A DNA stretch of 64,000 nt from an uncultured Maribellus sp. (GTDB taxonomy: Bacteria > Bacteroidota > Bacteroidia > Bacteroidales > Prolixibacteraceae). Both the position numbers and the translations under genes were made by a program. The stretch lies in the NCBI GenBank assembly GCA_964572085.1, contig CAZNEV010000017.1:9201-73200 (forward strand). The letters run 5' to 3'. Shown here piece by piece: positions 60,664 to 64,000 of the stretch (position 1 is the stretch's first letter; each line of letters opens with the position of its first letter). The notes under the pieces were generated by a model. That model was not told the origin of the DNA and did no database searches. It saw only the letters and a program-made list of their open reading frames with translations.

Positions 60664-62094
60664 TCACTCGAAAAACCTTTTATCAAAATTCACCAAAAAT
60701 AATTTTTCAGTGGGCCGGGTAAACGCGGTATATAGCCAGCGGTAATATTCAACATCCAACATGTCGTCAACGATGTAACCATGATCCACATACACGGCCT
60801 TCCATTGCCCACCCTGGGCTTTATGGCAAGTGATGGCATATGCAAATTTTACCTGCAACGCGTTAAAATATGGATTCTCCTTTACCTTCTTCCACCGTTC
60901 GCGCTTGTTGCGCACATCGGCATAATCTTCGGAAACAGTTTGGAAAAGCTGCCGGTTTTGCTCGTATGAAAACGAAGCAGTTTCAATACTAAGCGTATCC
61001 AGAAAAATCTTACAGTCAAACTCCACCCCTTCATAATCCACTAAACGAAGGCAAACATCAGCAAATCGAAATCCGTAAAGTTCTTCGTAACGGTATATTT
61101 TTACTACCTCGCCAATATCACCGTTGGCAATAAAATCGAGCTCCACGCCTTCTTCCATCCAGAAATAGTTGTTTTTCACCACCATGAGCAGGTCTCCCCT
61201 TTCGATTTCATTCTCCCGATAAAGGATTGAACCCCGGATGCCTTTATTATATAAGTTGGCCCTTTTATTTGAACGTGTTACAATGGTTGTTTCAAAAAGG
61301 CCATATTTGTCGTAGGATGAACTGATGTTTTCAATCAGCTCGGCACCCGAAATACGTTCTATGTCCGGGAAGTTTTGGAGTTCGATGGAGAAAAAGCCGA
61401 AATGGCTGTTTCCTTCGCTAACCAGATTCCGGATATTAGTTGCGTTATGCAAAATGCCCGAATCCTCTGCCTGTCGAACCACATCCGTCAACTCTATCTC
61501 TTTCACCCCAAATCCATATTGTTCCAAAGTGACAGCTTCCAGTGCCGGACTGATGTTGAGACCGACGGGAGGCAACTGCGCTGTGTCGCCCACCAGAACC
61601 AAGCGGCAGTTTTCACCGGAATACACATATTCCAATAAATCGTCAAGCACCCTACCGCTTCCAAAAATTGAATTTTCAGAGCTTTCGTTTGAAATCATTG
61701 ACGCTTCATCAACAATAAAATAGGTATTTTTAAAGAGGTTTTTGTCTAATTGAAACCGTCCTAAGCCATCGGCAGCACTTTGTTGCCGGTAAATTTTTTT
61801 ATGTATGGTAAAAGCAGGCATTTTTGTGTAACTTGCCAAAACTTTGGCGGCCCTACCGGTGGGGGCCAATAGTACAGAACGTATTTTTAATTGTTGTAAA
61901 GTTTGAGTAAGCGAAAAAAGCATGGATGTCTTTCCTGTTCCGGCATAGCCTTTAATCAACATTATTTGGTCGGGCTCGGCGGAAAAGATGAAATCTGCCA
62001 GCATACCGATTAATTTTGTTTGACCAACAGTTGGCTGAAACGTCAAATTTTGCGACAGAATTTTATTTAAGTGATTTTTGATCATACGAGTCAA
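60664..62094 (-). CDS. RecD-like SF1 helicase
   Basis: GYAGTGKT, APTGRAAK, VDEASM, VGDTAQLPPV, TCHKAQG, YTAFTR. Confidence 0.9.
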   Translation of the reverse strand: MTRMIKNHLNKILSQNLTFQPTVGQTKLIGMLADFIFSAEPDQIMLIKGYAGTGKTSMLFSLTQTLQQLKIRSVLLAPTGRAAKVLASYTKMPAFTIHKKIYRQQSAADGLGRFQLDKNLFKNTYFIVDEASMISNESSENSIFGSGRVLDDLLEYVYSGENCRLVLVGDTAQLPPVGLNISPALEAVTLEQYGFGVKEIELTDVVRQAEDSGILHNATNIRNLVSEGNSHFGFFSIELQNFPDIERISGAELIENISSSYDKYGLFETTIVTRSNKRANLYNKGIRGSILYRENEIERGDLLMVVKNNYFWMEEGVELDFIANGDIGEVVKIYRYEELYGFRFADVCLRLVDYEGVEFDCKIFLDTLSIETASFSYEQNRQLFQTVSEDYADVRNKRERWKKVKENPYFNALQVKFAYAITCHKAQGGQWKAVYVDHGYIVDDMLDVEYYRWLYTAFTRPTEKLFLVNFDKRFFE

Positions 62095-62177
62095 AATAAC
62101 CTTCTACAAAGGAAGGTAATTTGTAATTTTTTTTAATTTTGCAAGCAAACGAAAATAAACTCTTTAAAATAATACAA

Positions 62178-62810
62178 ATGAAAACCGTACTTCAAATTTT
62201 CCTTTTCCTCGTTGCCGTAGTAATTGGATATTTAATTTATCAAAGCGTTCAGCGCCCTATTGAATTTGACAAAGCAAAAAAGGTGCGTTACGACGCCACC
62301 ATTGCAAAGCTCAAAGATATAAGAAAAGCCGAAATTGCCTATAAAGATGTTTATGGCAAGTTTACCGGAAGCTGGGACACGCTAATCAATTTTATTGTTA
62401 ATGATTCGGTGATCAACATCCGCAAAGTAGGCGAAATGACCGACAGTATGATTGAAGCAGGTCTTTCGGAACGGAAAGCAATTAACCTTGGTTTATTGAT
62501 CCGCGACACGGTTAGGGTAAGTGTTTTGGGCTCGGTTTTCGACAAAAACTACGATGCTAAAAGCCTAAAATATGTTCCGGTACCGGGTGAACCCAGCGAA
62601 TTTCATTTGGGGGCGACTGTTGTTATAACCGGATCGGGCATTGGTGTTCCGGTGTTTGAAGCCAAAGCACACAACAACGTTGTTTTAAGGGGATTGGACG
62701 AGCAACTTCTCATTAATTTGAACGATCGGGCCAGGACCAACGAAAAATATCCCGGCTTGAAAGTTGGTTCATTAACCGAAACTGTGAACAACGCCGGAAA
62801 CTGGGAGTAA
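62178..62810 (+). CDS. Conserved hypothetical protein with an N-terminal TM helix
   Basis: Likely start MKTVLQ; KLKDIRKA, LKVGSL...NAGNWE. Confidence 0.8.
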   Translation: MKTVLQIFLFLVAVVIGYLIYQSVQRPIEFDKAKKVRYDATIAKLKDIRKAEIAYKDVYGKFTGSWDTLINFIVNDSVINIRKVGEMTDSMIEAGLSERKAINLGLLIRDTVRVSVLGSVFDKNYDAKSLKYVPVPGEPSEFHLGATVVITGSGIGVPVFEAKAHNNVVLRGLDEQLLINLNDRARTNEKYPGLKVGSLTETVNNAGNWE

Positions 62811-63625
62811 TGTTTAAGTTTGATACCGACGCCGCTTTCGATATCGAAAAAACGAGCGAATATATTTTATCCATCCAGGTAAGCCTGGATGGATTTTCTT
62901 TTTCCGTGGCCCACCCCGGCAATAACCGGATGTTGGCTTTTAAGCATACCCCATTAAAGATTAGCTCCGAATCCATCCTTTCGAGGCACTTTGAGTCATG
63001 GACAAGTGCGGAAGACCTATGGAGGAAACCGTTTCGAAAAACACGCTTTATTGTATTTAGTCCACTTTTTTCGCTCATCCCGGAAATATTTTACCAAAAG
63101 GAAATGAAGGAAGTTATTCCAGAATATATTTTCGGAAAAGAAGATGAACTTGAAATAGCCGAAAACTTTGTAGAAAAACTAAAGGCAAGGTTGATTTTTG
63201 CGCTCCCACCGGGATTTAACGAAACGGCCCGGAAAGTTTTTGAAGGATGTGAAATCATGCATCCTTTGAAACTAATTCTTAATAATCTGCCCGAAACGGA
63301 AAAAAACCACTCTCTTTCGTTGCTGTTCGACGCACAATACGTTTATGTGGTGCTTAGCAAAAAAAATGAGGTTCTTCTATCCAACACGTTCAAAATAGCG
63401 CACGTTACCGACGTGGTGTATTTTACGCTCAACATCCTGAAACAGTTCAATATAGCTCCGCGTAATACTGAGTTGTTCCTTTCCGGTTCAACCGGATCTA
63501 CTGAACAAATAGCAAACGGATTGTTGCCTTATTTCGAAAATATTAGCTTTTTAAAACCCTCCGCAGAATTGCAAAATCCGGAACTCGCCGGTCACTCGTT
63601 TCTGCGTTACTTCACACCAAATTAA
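62810..63625 (+). CDS. DUF3822 family protein
   Basis: YILSIQVSLDGFSF; upstream of rsmD. Confidence 0.85.
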   Translation: MFKFDTDAAFDIEKTSEYILSIQVSLDGFSFSVAHPGNNRMLAFKHTPLKISSESILSRHFESWTSAEDLWRKPFRKTRFIVFSPLFSLIPEIFYQKEMKEVIPEYIFGKEDELEIAENFVEKLKARLIFALPPGFNETARKVFEGCEIMHPLKLILNNLPETEKNHSLSLLFDAQYVYVVLSKKNEVLLSNTFKIAHVTDVVYFTLNILKQFNIAPRNTELFLSGSTGSTEQIANGLLPYFENISFLKPSAELQNPELAGHSFLRYFTPN

Positions 63626-63629
63626 AACC

Positions 63630-64000
63630 ATGAGAATTGTAGGCGGAATATACGGTGGAAGAATTTTCAGGGCAAATAAGGCCTTCCGATCGAGGCCCAC
63701 GACTGACATTGCCAAAGAAGCACTGTTCAACATTCTTGAAAACCGGTACGATTTTGATAACAAAACCGCTCTCGACCTCTTCGCGGGAACAGGGAACATT
63801 GGCTACGAATTCCTTAGTAGGGGCTGCAAATGGGTTACCATGGTGGAAATGGATTTCATTCACCATCGTTTTATATTGAGTGTATTAGAAACCTTGAAGA
63901 TTAAAAACAGCACCATTGTCAAAACCGACGTGTTCAAGTTCCTGAAAAAAAGTGTCGGGAATTTCAATTTCATTTTTGCCGATCCGCCCTTCGATCTAAA
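63630..64000 (+). CDS. rsmD: 16S rRNA m2G966 methyltransferase, partial (runs off right edge)
   Basis: Manual translation MRIVGG.YGGR...RPTTDIAKEALFNIL...LDLFAGTGNI.YEFLSRG...FIFADPPF. Confidence 0.92.
   Translation, partial: MRIVGGIYGGRIFRANKAFRSRPTTDIAKEALFNILENRYDFDNKTALDLFAGTGNIGYEFLSRGCKWVTMVEMDFIHHRFILSVLETLKIKNSTIVKTDVFKFLKKSVGNFNFIFADPPFDL

Overview
Chromosomal window from a Bacteroidota bacterium, probably a Prolixibacteraceae/Marinilabiliales-type organism. This is inferred from TAnnTTTG promoters, a T9SS type-B sorting protein, grpE-dnaJ without dnaK, the DUF4290-murA, rpsA-STAS-rnz and DUF3822-rsmD neighbourhoods, and many glycoside hydrolases. Most of the window is housekeeping and carbohydrate genes: uvrD, murA, grpE, dnaJ, yebC, pgm, rfbACD, rpsA, rnz, rsmD, GH29, GH78, GH109, galM and a sulfatase-GH78 fusion. 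The best candidate for an undescribed system is the operon at 4682-10248. It encodes two uncharacterised polytopic membrane proteins, a 12-TM protein with histidines in TM2/TM6/TM10 like a heme-copper oxidase subunit I but lacking the CuB HH motif, an FGE-fold lipoprotein without the catalytic cysteines, heme O synthase, and a TetR regulator. A recurring 18-bp palindrome overlaps the promoter of this operon, the promoter of the divergent DUF2141-pldA pair and the promoter of tetR. Other observations: a multiheme cytochrome c missed by the ORF track at the left edge; period-7 repeat arrays with embedded hairpins just downstream of stop codons; a ~141-bp MITE-like element; REP-like palindromes, one in-frame inside a CDS; a 40-aa Cys-rich ORF; and several deletion remnants (WYL, MNT, AbiEii-like, helicase stub, IS630, GH78). 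No rRNA, tRNA or CRISPR array was seen. All assignments come from motif recognition by eye; no database search was run.
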